Of a stretch of DNA of 64,000 nt, positions 43,370-54,499 are shown piece by piece. Position 1 is the stretch's first letter. Each line of letters opens with the position of its first letter. The translations under genes were made by a program, and so were the position numbers. The stretch is from an uncultured Acidobacteriota bacterium (GTDB lineage Bacteria > Acidobacteriota > Thermoanaerobaculia > UBA5066): positions 64,001 through 128,000 of the forward strand of contig CAVZYA010000001.1 in assembly GCA_963779415.1 (NCBI GenBank), in the 5' to 3' direction. The notes beneath the pieces are model-generated. The model did not search any database. It was not told where the DNA came from and was given only the letters and a program-made list of their open reading frames with translations.

Positions 43370-44808
43370 GCACGACGGCCAAGATCGGCGCCTTCTTCCT
43401 CGTCGTCCTGATCGCGGCGGGAATCCTCATCCTCCGGATCGAGGACATCGCCATCGGAAAGAAGGCGAGAACCCACGCCGTCGAGGTCCACTTCGCCGAC
43501 GTGGCGGGGCTCGACGACAAGTCTGCGGCCCGGATCGCGGGCGTCCGCGTCGGGAAGGTGGACGGCATCCGTCTTCTCCCGGACGGCTCGGCCGTCGTCC
43601 GGATCGCCCTCGAGGGGGACGTCGAGCTTCGTCAGGGGGCGACCGGGCAAATCCGGGCGATGGGCCTCCTCGGCGACAAGTACGTCGACCTCTTCCCCGG
43701 GCCACCGTCCGGAGCGAAGCTCGCCGACGGGACGCGGATAGAGGGAAACGTTCCTACCAGCCTCGACGAGCTGACGTCGCTCGCGGGGGACATCGGGAAG
43801 GACGTCAAGGAGCTGACGTCGGCCCTTCGCGGCTCGCTCGGCGGGCGCGAAGGAGAGGAGAAGCTGAACCGGATCGTCGACAACATCGGGCGCCTCGCCG
43901 AGTCGCTCGCCCAGATGGTCGAGGCGAACCGGCTCAACGTCGACGCGACGCTCAGGAACATCCGTGAGTTCACCTCCGGGCTGAACGCCACTCTCGCGCG
44001 GCTCGACCGGATCCTCGACGAGAACCGGGGAAGCCTGAAGGGGACGATGGCGAACACGGACGAGCTTTCGGCGAAGCTGAAGACGACGGCGGACAACCTG
44101 AACTCCATCACCCAGAAGATCGACGAGGGGAAGGGGACCATCGGCAAGCTCGTCAACGATCCGGAGACGGCCCAGAACCTCAACGACACGCTGAAGTCCG
44201 TGAAGTCCGGCGTCGACCAGCTGAACACGACGCTGACGCAGGTGAACAAGCTGGAGCTGCAGTTCGGCTTCCGCGGGGAATACGGGACGCGCAACGGGGC
44301 CGGGAGCGGTTTCTTCACCCTCGACATCATGCCGCACGAGAACCGCTTCTACCGGTTCGAGCTGGTCACGCCCGCGAACGGGCGGCGGTACGACGAGGCG
44401 CAGACGGTCACGATCCTGAACCCCGACGGAACGCAGACGACGACCCAGTACGTCACCACGAGTTACAAGGACCAGCTGGCCATCTCGGCGCAGATGGGGT
44501 GGCGGCATCGACGACACGATCCTCCGCGCCGGCCTCATCGAGTCGCGAGGCGGCGTCGGCATCGACCAGATGCTCTGGGGGGACCAGGTCCGGCTGACGG
44601 GCGAGGTCTGGGATTTCAACAGGTCCACCTTCCGCCCGCAACATGAAGATGTACGGGCGTTGGGTGCCCGGGAAGAACTTCTTCGTCACGGCGGGCGTGG
44701 GCGACCTTCTGAATCCGTCGGAGCGGTCGCTCCTCGCTCGGTGCGGGCTTCAGCTGGACGGACGAGCGGGTCAAGACGCTCCTGGGAACCGCGACGGTCT
44801 TCCGGTAA
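43366..44808 (+). CDS. mlaD: MCE/MlaD protein with long helical region and beta-rich C-terminus (frameshifts in 44500-44740)
   Basis: IAGVRVGKV, GLLGDKYV and GKGTIGKLVND motifs; located in the mla operon. Confidence 0.85.
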
Positions 44809-44810
44809 TC

Positions 44811-44871
44811 GGGGGGTGCGTCGTCCGTCTCCGCCGGTGGGACGCCGGGTTCGCACCCCCCGGCCCCCCCT
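44811..44871. repeat. GC-rich inverted repeat / stem-loop
   Basis: GGGGGGTGCG...CGCACCCCCC outer stem with an inner CGTCC/GGACG pairing. Confidence 0.5.
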
Positions 44872-44899
44872 GACCCTCGCGATCAGGTAGCCTCGCCTC

Positions 44900-46264
44900 G
44901 TGGCCAAGAAACAAATCTCGGTATTCGCCTGCACGGCATGCGGGGCGCAGGCCCCGCGCTGGCTCGGACGCTGCCCGGAATGCGGCGCGTGGAACACGCT
45001 CGTGGAGGAGCGAGCGGCCGCGTTGGCGGACGGCAAGGCGCGCCCGGGCGGCGCCGCGTCCGCCGTCCCGCTCGCGGGCGTCGAGGCGTCGGATCTGCCG
45101 CGGATTCCGACCGGGATGCCCGACGTCGACCGGGTGCTCGGCGGCGGCCTCGTTCCCGGCTCGGTCGTCCTTCTCGGCGGAGAGCCCGGCATCGGAAAAT
45201 CGACGCTCCTCCTCCAGGTCGCGGCGAGGCTCTCGATGCGGATGGGCCCCGTCCTCTACGTCACGGCCGAGGAGTCGGCTCGGCAGGTCCGGATGCGCGC
45301 CGACCGGCTGGGGATCGGAGGGGCCCCGGCGGCCGGCATCTTCCTTCTCCCGGAGACGGACCTCGGGAGGATCCTCGACGTCGCCCTTGCGGGGAAGTTC
45401 GGCGCCGTCGTCGTCGACTCCATCCAGACGATCGCCTCGGATGAAACGGCCGGAGCCCCGGGCTCCGTGGGACAGGTGCGCTCCTGCGCGGGGCGGCTTC
45501 TCTCCTTCGCGAAGACGACCGGAACACCGGTCTTTTTGATCGGACACGTCACGAAGGACGGGACGCTCGCGGGCCCGAAGGCGCTGGAGCACCTCGTCGA
45601 CGCCGTCCTCTCCTTCGAAGGGGAGCGCTTTCACTCCCAGCGCGTCGTCCGGGCGCTGAAGAACCGCTTCGGGCCTGTCCACGAGCTGGGGGTCTTCGAG
45701 ATGTCCGGCACGGGGCTGACGGAGGTGGCGAACCCGTCGGCTCTCTACCTCGGCTCGGGAGCGGGGGCGAGGCCCGGCTCGGCGGTTCTCGCGGGGGTCG
45801 AGGGGACCCGGCCGCTCCTTCTGGAGGTTCAGGCGCTCACGGTCGAGGTGAAATACGGGACGCCGAGGCGGACGGCGATCGGATTCGACGGGACGCGTCT
45901 CGCGCTTCTCCTCGCGGTCCTCGAGCGGCACGGGGGGATGAAGCTCTCTTCCTGCGACGTCTTCCTGAACGTGGCGGGGGGCGCGGAGAGCGCCGAGCCG
46001 GCCGCCGACCTCGCCGTCTCGGCGGCCGTCGCGGGAAGCCTCCGCGGCCGGGCCCTCCCCCCCGCGACGGTCGTCTTCGGCGAGATGGGGCTTCTCGGCG
46101 AGATCCGCCCGGTCTCGGACGTCCCTCTCCGCCTGAAGGAGGCCGTCTCTCTCGGCTTCAAGGGAGCCATCCTCCCCGCGGGGAACGCCTCCGAGGCCGC
46201 GGCCTTTCCCGACCTCGCCGTGACGCCGGTCCGGTCCGTCGAGGAAATGCTGACGCGGCTCTAG
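44900..46264 (+). CDS. radA: DNA repair protein RadA/Sms
   Basis: CTACG..CPECGAWN zinc finger, GEPGIGKSTL and KNRFG. Confidence 0.96.
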   Translation: MAKKQISVFACTACGAQAPRWLGRCPECGAWNTLVEERAAALADGKARPGGAASAVPLAGVEASDLPRIPTGMPDVDRVLGGGLVPGSVVLLGGEPGIGKSTLLLQVAARLSMRMGPVLYVTAEESARQVRMRADRLGIGGAPAAGIFLLPETDLGRILDVALAGKFGAVVVDSIQTIASDETAGAPGSVGQVRSCAGRLLSFAKTTGTPVFLIGHVTKDGTLAGPKALEHLVDAVLSFEGERFHSQRVVRALKNRFGPVHELGVFEMSGTGLTEVANPSALYLGSGAGARPGSAVLAGVEGTRPLLLEVQALTVEVKYGTPRRTAIGFDGTRLALLLAVLERHGGMKLSSCDVFLNVAGGAESAEPAADLAVSAAVAGSLRGRALPPATVVFGEMGLLGEIRPVSDVPLRLKEAVSLGFKGAILPAGNASEAAAFPDLAVTPVRSVEEMLTRL

Positions 46265-46270
46265 CCTCCT

Positions 46271-46471
46271 TCAGGCCGGCCGCGGGCCGCCGAGGATCCG
46301 CGCGGGGAGGAAGATCAGCGCCTTCACGACGGCGAGAACGCCTCCGACCGCGATCCCGACGAGGTGGAACGGGAGCAAGAGCAGCCAGACGAACGGGTAG
46401 AGGACCAGCCCCAGGAGCGCCAGCGGCCAGCAGAGGACGAGGAGGATGAGCCAGAGAAAGAACTTCGCCAT
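46271..46471 (-). CDS. Small hydrophobic membrane protein
   Basis: 66-aa ORF with an upstream GGAGG RBS; almost entirely hydrophobic. Confidence 0.7.
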   Translation of the reverse strand: MAKFFLWLILLVLCWPLALLGLVLYPFVWLLLLPFHLVGIAVGGVLAVVKALIFLPARILGGPRPA

Positions 46472-46601
46472 CGCGGGCCTCCGGGAGGTGTTACGGGCGG
46501 CTCCGGCAGAGGTTTCGTTTTCGCTGATCCCATTGCATCATGGCCCCGGGCGAAGGGGCATGGGAAGGTCCGCGGGGAACGCTCCGGGAGGAGACGCGAA
46601 G

Positions 46602-47120
46602 ATGAAGACTCTCGACCTGACGAAGATCGACCTGAGAGACGCCCTCGACCTCGCCAGCCTGATCGAAGACGAGGCGAAAGAGCGGTACGAGGAGCTGGCC
46701 CATCAGATGGAGCTGCACCACGATGCCGACGTCGCCCGGTTCTTTCACTTCATGGCCAAGAACGAAGCCCGTCACGGCGAGGAGCTGGCCGAGCGGCGAG
46801 CGCGACTCTTCCCGAGCCTGCCGCGCCGGGTCGACCGCTCGATGATCTGGGATGTCGAGGCACCCGCCTACGAGACCGTCCGGGCCTTCATGTCGCTGAA
46901 GGAGGCCCTCGAGGTGGCGCTCGCGGCCGAGGTCAAGGCCTTCAACTACTTCTGCGAGGTCCTGAAGTCCATGCCCGAGGGGGAAGTCAAGAAGCTCTTC
47001 GAGGAGTTGAAGGAAGAAGAGGTCCACCACCAGAACCTCGTCAAGCTCGAGATGGCAAAGCTCGGGCCCGAGGAGAAGTTCACGACCGAGGACTTCGCCG
47101 ACGAGCCGGTCGGGCACTGA
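46602..47120 (+). CDS. Rubrerythrin/ferritin-like di-iron protein
   Basis: Two E...ExxH units (IEDEA..NEARH; AEVKA..EEVHH) and a GGAGG RBS. Confidence 0.85.
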   Translation: MKTLDLTKIDLRDALDLASLIEDEAKERYEELAHQMELHHDADVARFFHFMAKNEARHGEELAERRARLFPSLPRRVDRSMIWDVEAPAYETVRAFMSLKEALEVALAAEVKAFNYFCEVLKSMPEGEVKKLFEELKEEEVHHQNLVKLEMAKLGPEEKFTTEDFADEPVGH

Positions 47121-47132
47121 AGCCCCGGGCGT

Positions 47133-48033
47133 TCAGACCCCGGCGAAGCGCTCCCCGGTGAGGGTTTCGAAGGCCTCGACGTATCGGGCATAGGTGCCCG
47201 CGACGACGTCCGGAGGGAGGGGGGGCGCCGGTGGCGATTTGTCCCAGCCCGACTTCTCCAGCCAGTTGCGGAGAAACTGCTTGTCGTAAGAGGGGGGCGA
47301 GCCGCCGGGATGCCAGCTCTCGCGCGGGCCAGAAGCGCGAGGAGTCCGGGGTGAGCGCCTCGTCTATCCAGACGAGCCGGCCGCCGTCGTCGAGGCCGAA
47401 CTCGAACTTCGTGTCGGCGAGGAGGATCCCGCGCGACTCGGCGAAGGCCGCCGCCCGCGCGTAGATGCCGAGAGTCAGCTCCTTCAGCTTCGCGGTCAGC
47501 TCCTCGCCGAGAACGTCGGCCATGCGGGAGACCGGGATGTTCTCGTCGTGCCCGCTCTCGGCCTTCGTGGCCGGCGTGAAGATCGGCTCGGGGAGCCGGT
47601 CGGATTCGCGAAGCCCCGGCGGCAGGCGGTGGCCGCAGACTTCGCCGCTCACCCGGTAGTCCTTCCAGCCCGAGCCGGCGAGAAAGCCGCGTGCCACGCA
47701 CTCGAACGGGATCACGCGGCACTTCCGGACGAGGACGCCGCGCCCCTGAAGAAGCGCTTTCTCGGCGTCGAGAGGAGCCGGGAAGCGGGCCGCATCGGTC
47801 TCGATCAGATGGTTCGTCACGACACTCTCGAACTTCCGGAACCAGAAGGTCGAGAGGCGCGTCAGGAGGACGCCCTTGTCCGGGATGCCCGGCGAGAGGA
47901 CGACGTCGAACGCCGAGATCCGGTCGGTGGCGACGATCAGAAGCTTGTCGCCGAGATCGTAGACGTCCCGGACCTTTCCGCGTCGCGGCGGGGGGAGTCC
48001 GGGGAGGGAGGTCTGGCTGACGGGCTCGTGCAT
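47133..48033 (-). CDS. purC: SAICAR synthetase (frameshift near 47320)
   Basis: [32 protein letters not shown] and [12 protein letters not shown], with YDKQFLR in the shifted frame. Confidence 0.93.
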
Positions 48034-48098
48034 GCGCGGAGTCTAGCCCGCGCGCTAGACTTCGCGGGTCTCCGGAATCCGACTCTCGAGGAGAACAC

Positions 48099-49636
48099 GT
48101 GAAGCTTCTGAGCCCTTCCAGAACGAAACGCTCCCGTCCGGACGCCCTCGTCGCCTTCTGCCTTTCCGGAAAGGAAGGGGCGCCCGACTTCGGAACGTTG
48201 CCGAAGCCTCTGGCCGAGGAGGCCGCGCGGCACGCGCCGGCGAAGATCGGCGGCGACGGCACCTCCTGCACGATCCCTCTCGGCGACGCCGGATCCGCGC
48301 GCCGCCTCTATCTCTTCGGCGCCGGAAAGAGCGCAGAGATCTCCCCGCGAAAGGCTCGCGCCCTCCTCCGGACGACCCTCAGGGCCGTCGCCAAGAACGG
48401 CGAAACGTCGGCGGAGGTCGACTTCCCGTTCCGGTTGCAGCGGATGGACGCGGCCGAGAGCCGGGACTTTCTCCTCCGGAACCTGGCCCTCGCCGACTAC
48501 GACTTCAAGACCTACAAGTCGGGAGACAAGGAGCCCTCGCCCCTCGTCTCCGCCTGGTTCGCCCCGGACCGCGGCCCCTGGAAGGGGATCGATCCGAGAA
48601 CGGCGGCGAAGGAAGCTGCGGCGGCCGGGGCGGTGGTCCTGGCGGCCGAGCTGGTCCGGGAGATGGGGAACACGCCCCCCTGCGACATGACGCCGTCGAT
48701 TTTCGCGGCCCGCGTCGAGGAGGAGGCCGGGAAGCGGAAGCTGAAACTCACTATTCTCGACCGGGAGGCGATGAAGGCCGAGAAGATGGGAGGGCTCCTC
48801 GCCGTCAGCCGCGGATCATCGGAGGAGCCCCGCCTCGTTGCGCTGGAATATCGGGGCGGGAAGAAGGACGACCCGCCCGTCGCTCTCGTCGGCAAGGGGG
48901 TCACGTTCGACGCCGGCGGCATTTCCCTCAAGCCGGCCGAGAAGATGGGGGAGATGAAGTGGGACATGATGGGCGCGGCGACGGCGGTCGGAACCGTGCT
49001 GGCGGCCGCCGACCTGAAGCTCCCCGTCAACCTCGTCGCGATCGCGCCGCTGACCGAGAACCTCCCGTCGGGCTCGGCCTACAAGCCCGGCGACATCGTC
49101 CGCTTCCGGAACGGGAAGACCGCCGAGATCGACAACACCGACGCCGAGGGGCGTGTCATCCTGGCCGACGCGCTCGACTACGCGAAGGAGTGGAAGCCGA
49201 AGGCGATCGTCGACTACGCGACCCTCACCGGTGCGGCGCTCGTCGCCCTCGGTCTCGAGGCGGCTATCGTCTTCACCGCGGACGACGACCTCTCCCGCGA
49301 GCTGGTCTCGGCCGGCGAGCGGACGGACGAGCGCCTCTGGCGCCTCCCGCTCTGGGAGGACTACAAGGAGAACATCAAGTCCGACTGGGCCGACGTCAAG
49401 AACACGGGGGGCAAGTGGGGGGGTCGATCAACGGCGCGATGTTCCTGAAGGAGTTCGTCGACGCGAAGACGCCCTGGGCACACCTCGACATCGCGCCGAC
49501 GGCGAATTACGACCACGAGTACGCCGGGTACGCACCGGGGGCGACGGCCTTCGGTGTCGCCCTGACGCTCCGGTGGCTGAAGGACCGCCTCGAAGGGCGC
49601 AAGCGGGGCCGCCGGCCGGCGCGCCGCCGGGCCTGA
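48099..49636 (+). CDS. pepA: Leucyl aminopeptidase, M17 family (frameshift in G-run near 49420)
   Basis: VGKGVTFDAGGISLK, MKWDM, NTDAEGR, ATLTGA and WAHLDIA motifs. Confidence 0.93.
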
Positions 49637-49641
49637 CCGGG

Positions 49642-51391
49642 TTGCTCGCGTCCCTCCGCGTCCGCGACCTCGCCGTCCTCGAGGACGTGGAGGTCTCGTT
49701 CGGGGAGGGGCTGACCGTCCTGACCGGCGAGACGGGAGCGGGAAAGTCGCTCGTCGTCGACGCCCTTTCGCTTCTCTCGGGCGACCGGGGCGACGCCACG
49801 CTCGTCCGCGCCGGAGCGGAGAAGCTCGTCGTGGAGGGGGCCTTCGACTCCGACGACGACGCCGTCCGCGAGGCGCTTTTCGAGGCCGGCCTTCTCGACG
49901 GGGAGCGCGGCGCGGCCGACGGCGTCGTCATCCGGCGCGAGGTGGCCTCCGGCGGAAAGGGGCGTCTCTTCGTGAACGGCTCGCCGGCGGTCCTGAAGAC
50001 GCTCGCGGAGATCGCCCCGCGCCTCCTCGTCCTCTACGGGCAGGCGGAGGCGCGCGAGCTTCTCGACCCGTCGGCGCCGCGGGAGCTGCTCGACCGGTAC
50101 GCGGGACTTTCGGAAGAGGTGGCGCGGACGGCGGGGTACTACCGGACGTGGCGCTCCCGGGAAACGGATTGCTCGCGCCTCCGCGCGGCGGAGAGCGACC
50201 GGGCGCGCAAGCTCGACCTTCTCGAATTCCAGATCCGGGAGATCGACGCGGTAAGGCCCGAGGAAGGAGAAGACCAGGAGCTTTCTTCTGAGAAAGGAAA
50301 GCTCGCGAACGTAGAGAAGAGTCGGGACCCTGCTCGCACAGGCCGTGGAGGCGTTGGAGTCCGAGGAGAACGGCGCCATTCGCGCGGCTTCGTCGGCGCG
50401 GCGCGCTTTTCTCCTTCTCGAAGAAATCGACTCGTCGTACGGTGCGCGAGCCGCGAGGGTCTCCGAAGCGATCGAGACGCTCAGCCAGGCGGCTCTCGAG
50501 GCCTCTCGCGACCTCGAAAGGCTGCAGGCTGACCCTTCCCGCCTCGCTTTCGTGTCGGAGCGTCTGGACGCGCTCGCGCGCCTGAAGCGGAAGTACGGCG
50601 CGACGCTTTCGGACGTCCTCCGCTTCCGGGAGGAGATCGGGAAGGAGCGGGCCGAGCTTTCGGATCTGGAAGGGGCGGTCGTCAAGGCCGAAAAGGCCGC
50701 GCGCGAGGCGTTCGACATCTACCGGAAGGCGGCCCTGGAGCTTTCCGCCGCGAGGGCGGCCGCGGCCCCGCGCCTCGCGAAGGCGGTCCGGTCCCATCTC
50801 TCCGACCTCGCGTTTCCGAAAGCGGCCTTCGACGTCTCCGTGTCGCGAAAGCCGGACGCGGAGAGCCCTTTTTCGGCCGGGGGCGAGCGCGTCGCCTGTG
50901 CGGCACACGGCATCGACGCCGTCTCCTTCTCGTTCGCCCCGAACCCGGGCGAGCCGGCGCGGCCGCTCCCGAAGATCGCTTCGGGAGGGGAGCTGGCGCG
51001 CGTCCAGCTCGCCCTCGCGGCGTCGCTCGCGGAGGAGGAGATCCGGCTCGGGGGCGGGCGTCCGCGGCGCGGCGGCCCGGTCCGGACGTTCGTCTTCGAC
51101 GAGGTGGACGCCGGGGTCTCGGGCGCGACGGCCGAGGCCGTGGGCCGGAAGCTCCGGTCCCTCTCCCGCCGCGAGCAGGTCCTCGTCGTGACGCACCTGC
51201 CGCAGGTCGCGGCGGCGGGGGAGCGGCATCTCCTCGTGACGAAGGAGACGTCGGCGGGCCGGACTCGAACCCGGGTCGCCGAGCTGGATGAGAAGGGGCG
51301 GATCGAGGCGATCGCCGGGATGCTCGCGGGAACCTCGGTCGGTCCGGCCGCCCGCGCCCAGGCAAAGCAGCTCCTCGGCGGCCGGAGCTGA
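49642..51391 (+). CDS. recN: DNA repair protein RecN (frameshift near 50325)
   Basis: LTGETGAGKS, KIASGGELAR, FDEVDAGVSG and VTHLPQVAA motifs. Confidence 0.93.
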
Positions 51392-51454
51392 AGCCGGCAC
51401 GAAGCCAGCGGGAATTTCGAGACCGGTTCGCTACAATCAATTTCGGGGCAAATT

Positions 51455-54400
51455 CTGGAAGCAACGAAAGTCTCCTGCCCATATTGCTCGAACCCCGTCG
51501 CATCCGGAGCGGCGTACTGCCCCACATGCGGGCGGGACCCCTCGGATCACTCGCTCCACGGGAGGACGCTGGACCCTCCCTCTTCGAAAAAGGGGGCGGA
51601 CTCTTCCGCCGCACCCGCGGCCGACGAGACGGCCGCTCCGTCCCGCCCATCTGCGGCCCGGGAGCAGAGAACTTCCGGTTTCGCCAGCTCGATCGCGGGA
51701 ATGGCGTCGCTGCCCGAAGGGACGGAGATCGGCTCGCGCTACCGGGTCGTGAAGCTCCTCGGCCGCGGAGGGATGGGGGCGGTCTACCGGTGCCGCGACG
51801 AGGAGCTGCAGCGCGACGTGGCGCTCAAGATCATCCGTCCCGAGATCGCCGCGGACCTCGATGTCCTCGACCGTTTCAAGCGCGAGATCCAGCTTTCGAG
51901 CCGCGTGACGCACCGGAACGTCCTTCGGGTCTACGACCTCGGCGAGGCGGACGGAGTCCGCTTCCTGACGATGCAGTTCGTCGAGGGGGACGATCTCTCG
52001 AACCTCCTGAAGAGGACGGGCGCCCTCCCGACGCCGCGGCTCGTGGCCCTCTTCCGGCAGGTCTGCGAGGGGCTGGCGGCGGCGCACGAGGAGGAGGTCG
52101 TCCACCGGGACCTGAAGCCCCAGAACATCATGGTCGACGCCTCCGACCACGTCTGGCTCACCGACTTCGGCCTCGCGAAGAACCTCGGCGGGTCGGCCAT
52201 GACGGAGATGGGAGCCGTGATGGGGACCCCCGCCTACATGTCCCCGGAGCAGGTACGGGGCCAGGCCGTCGACAAGCGCGCGGACATCTACTCCCTCGGC
52301 GTGATCCTGTACGAGATGGCGACGGGGCAGGTCCCGTTCTCCGGAGGCTCGGCCTACGAGGTGATGATGCGGCGGCTGACGACGGCGCCCCGGCCGGTCA
52401 CCGAGATCAATCCGGGCATCCCCGCCTACCTCCGGAAGATCCTCGAGCGCTGCCTCGCGGTCGACCCGGCCGCGCGCTACCAGAGCGGTCGCCGAGATCG
52501 TCGCCGACCTCGACGCGACGACGTATCGGACGACGGTCCGTTTCGAGCTGCAGCGCCGGCGCTGGATGCTCGTCAGCGCGGCCCTCCTCCTCGTCGCCGC
52601 CGTCGCCATCGCGGGCGTCTCGTGGCTGCTGAAGCGGAGGCCGGCGCCGGCGAAGGCCGCCGGGCCGCCCCGGGCCATCCTCATCGCCGACTTCGACAAC
52701 AGGACGGGCGACCCGATCTTCGACGGAACGCTCGAGAACGCCCTCGGGATCGCCCTCGAGGACGCCTCTTTCATCACCACGTTCAGCCGGGGGGCCGCGC
52801 GGAAGGAGGCCGCCGAGGTGCGCCCGGGCGCCAGCGGCCTCTCCGAACCCGTCGCCCGGCTCGTCGCCGCCCGGGAAGGGGTCGGCACGGTCATCGCCGG
52901 GACGGTGGAGAGCCGGGGCGAGGGCTACCGCGTCTCGGTGACGGCGGAGGACGCGCGGACCGGGAAGCCGATCGTCTCGGCGGAGGCGGACGCCGACGGC
53001 AAGAACGCGGTTCTCGGCGCCGTCGCGAAGCTGGCCTCGAAGGTCCGCGGCGCCCTCGGCGACACGAAGCCCGAGTCGGCCCGCCTCGCCGCGGCCGAGA
53101 CCTTCACGGCCGGCTCGCTCGCGGCGGCCCACGAATACGCTCTCGCGCAGGACGCCGCGCTCGCCGGAAAGTGGGAAGCGGCGCGGGAGGGCTACGAGAA
53201 GGCGATCGGGCTCGACCCGAAGATGGGGCGGGCCTACGCCGGGCTCGCGGCCGTCTACCAGAACGAGGGGCGGCACGAGGAGGCGAAGAAGTCGCTTGAG
53301 GACGCCCTCGCCCGGCTGGATCGGATGAGCGACCGGGAGAAATACCGGACGCGCGGCCTCTACTACGTCACCGTCCGGAAGCCCGACAAGGCCATCGAGG
53401 AGCTGAAGAACCTCGTCGCCCAGTACCCGGCCGACACGAACGGCATCGCGAACCTCGCCCTCGCGTACTTCTACCGGCGGGAAATGGCCCAGGCCCTCGC
53501 GGTGGGCCGGCGATTCACGGAGATCTACCCGAGCGCCGTCCCCCAGCGGAACAACGTCGGCCTCTTCGCCATGTACGCGGGCGAATTCGACACCGCCGTC
53601 CGCGAGCAGAAGGCCGTCCTCGACCTGAACCCGAAGTTCCACCTCGCCTTCGTCGGCCTCGCGCTCTCCCAGCTCGCGGAGGGGAAGCCGGCCGACGCGC
53701 GGGAGACGTGGCAGAAGCTGGCCGCGCTCGACGCCCGCGGCGCCTCGATGGCGGCGATGGGACTCGCCGACATGGCGCTGGCGGCCGGAAAGCCGTCCGA
53801 GGCGGCGCCCCTCCTCGAGAAGGGAGCGGCCGACGATCTGAACGCGAAGAACCCCGACGCGGCGGCGGCCAAGCTCGTCGCGCTCGCCGAGGCGCAGCGT
53901 CGCGCTTGGGGAACGAAAAGGCGGCCGTCGCTTCGGCCGAAAAGGCCGTTTCGCTGGCGAAGGGCGAGAACATCCTCTTCCCGGCGGCGCGGGTCTTCAT
54001 CGCCTTGGGAAAGACGCCTCGGGCGCTGGAATTGGCGGCCGACCTCGGCAAGCGCCTCGAGGACGACCCGAGGGCGTACGGCAAGCTGATCGAGGCCGAA
54101 GCAGGTCTCAAGGCGGGCAAGGCCGCGGAGGCCATCCGGACGATCGAGGCGGCCAAGGCGATCGCGGACACCTGGATGGGGCGGTTCCTGCTCGGGCGCG
54201 CGTACGTCGAAGCCGGCGCTTTCACGGAGGCCGATTCCGAGCTGGAGACGTGCATGAAGCGCCGCGGCGAGGCGACGGCAGTATTCCTCGATGAGGTGCC
54301 GAGCTGGCGGCTCTTTGGTCCCGTTCTCTACTGGAGGGGCCGGGCTCAGGAAGGGCTGAAGAGCCCGGCGGCCGCCGACACCTTCAAGTCCTTCCTTGCC

Positions 54401-54466
54401 CTCCGCCCCGGCGCGGGCGGGGATCCGCTCGTCGCGGACGCCCGCCGGCGGCTGGGCTCGCCCTGA
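51455..54466 (+). CDS. Membrane Ser/Thr protein kinase with N-terminal zinc ribbon and extracytoplasmic TPR domain (frameshifts near 52490 and 53900)
   Basis: LGRGGMGAVY, VALK, HRDLKPQN, DFG and GTPAYMSPEQ motifs, then a TM helix and TPRs. An in-frame CPYC..CPTC lies upstream of the ATG at 51701. Confidence 0.88.
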
Positions 54467-54481
54467 AGAGGCGAACCCAGC
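54451..54481. terminator. Stem-loop between convergent genes
   Basis: GCTGGGCTCGCC-N7-GGCGAACCCAGC, with no clear U tract. Confidence 0.4.
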
Positions 54482-54499
54482 CCACCTGAAGGTTTTCTG

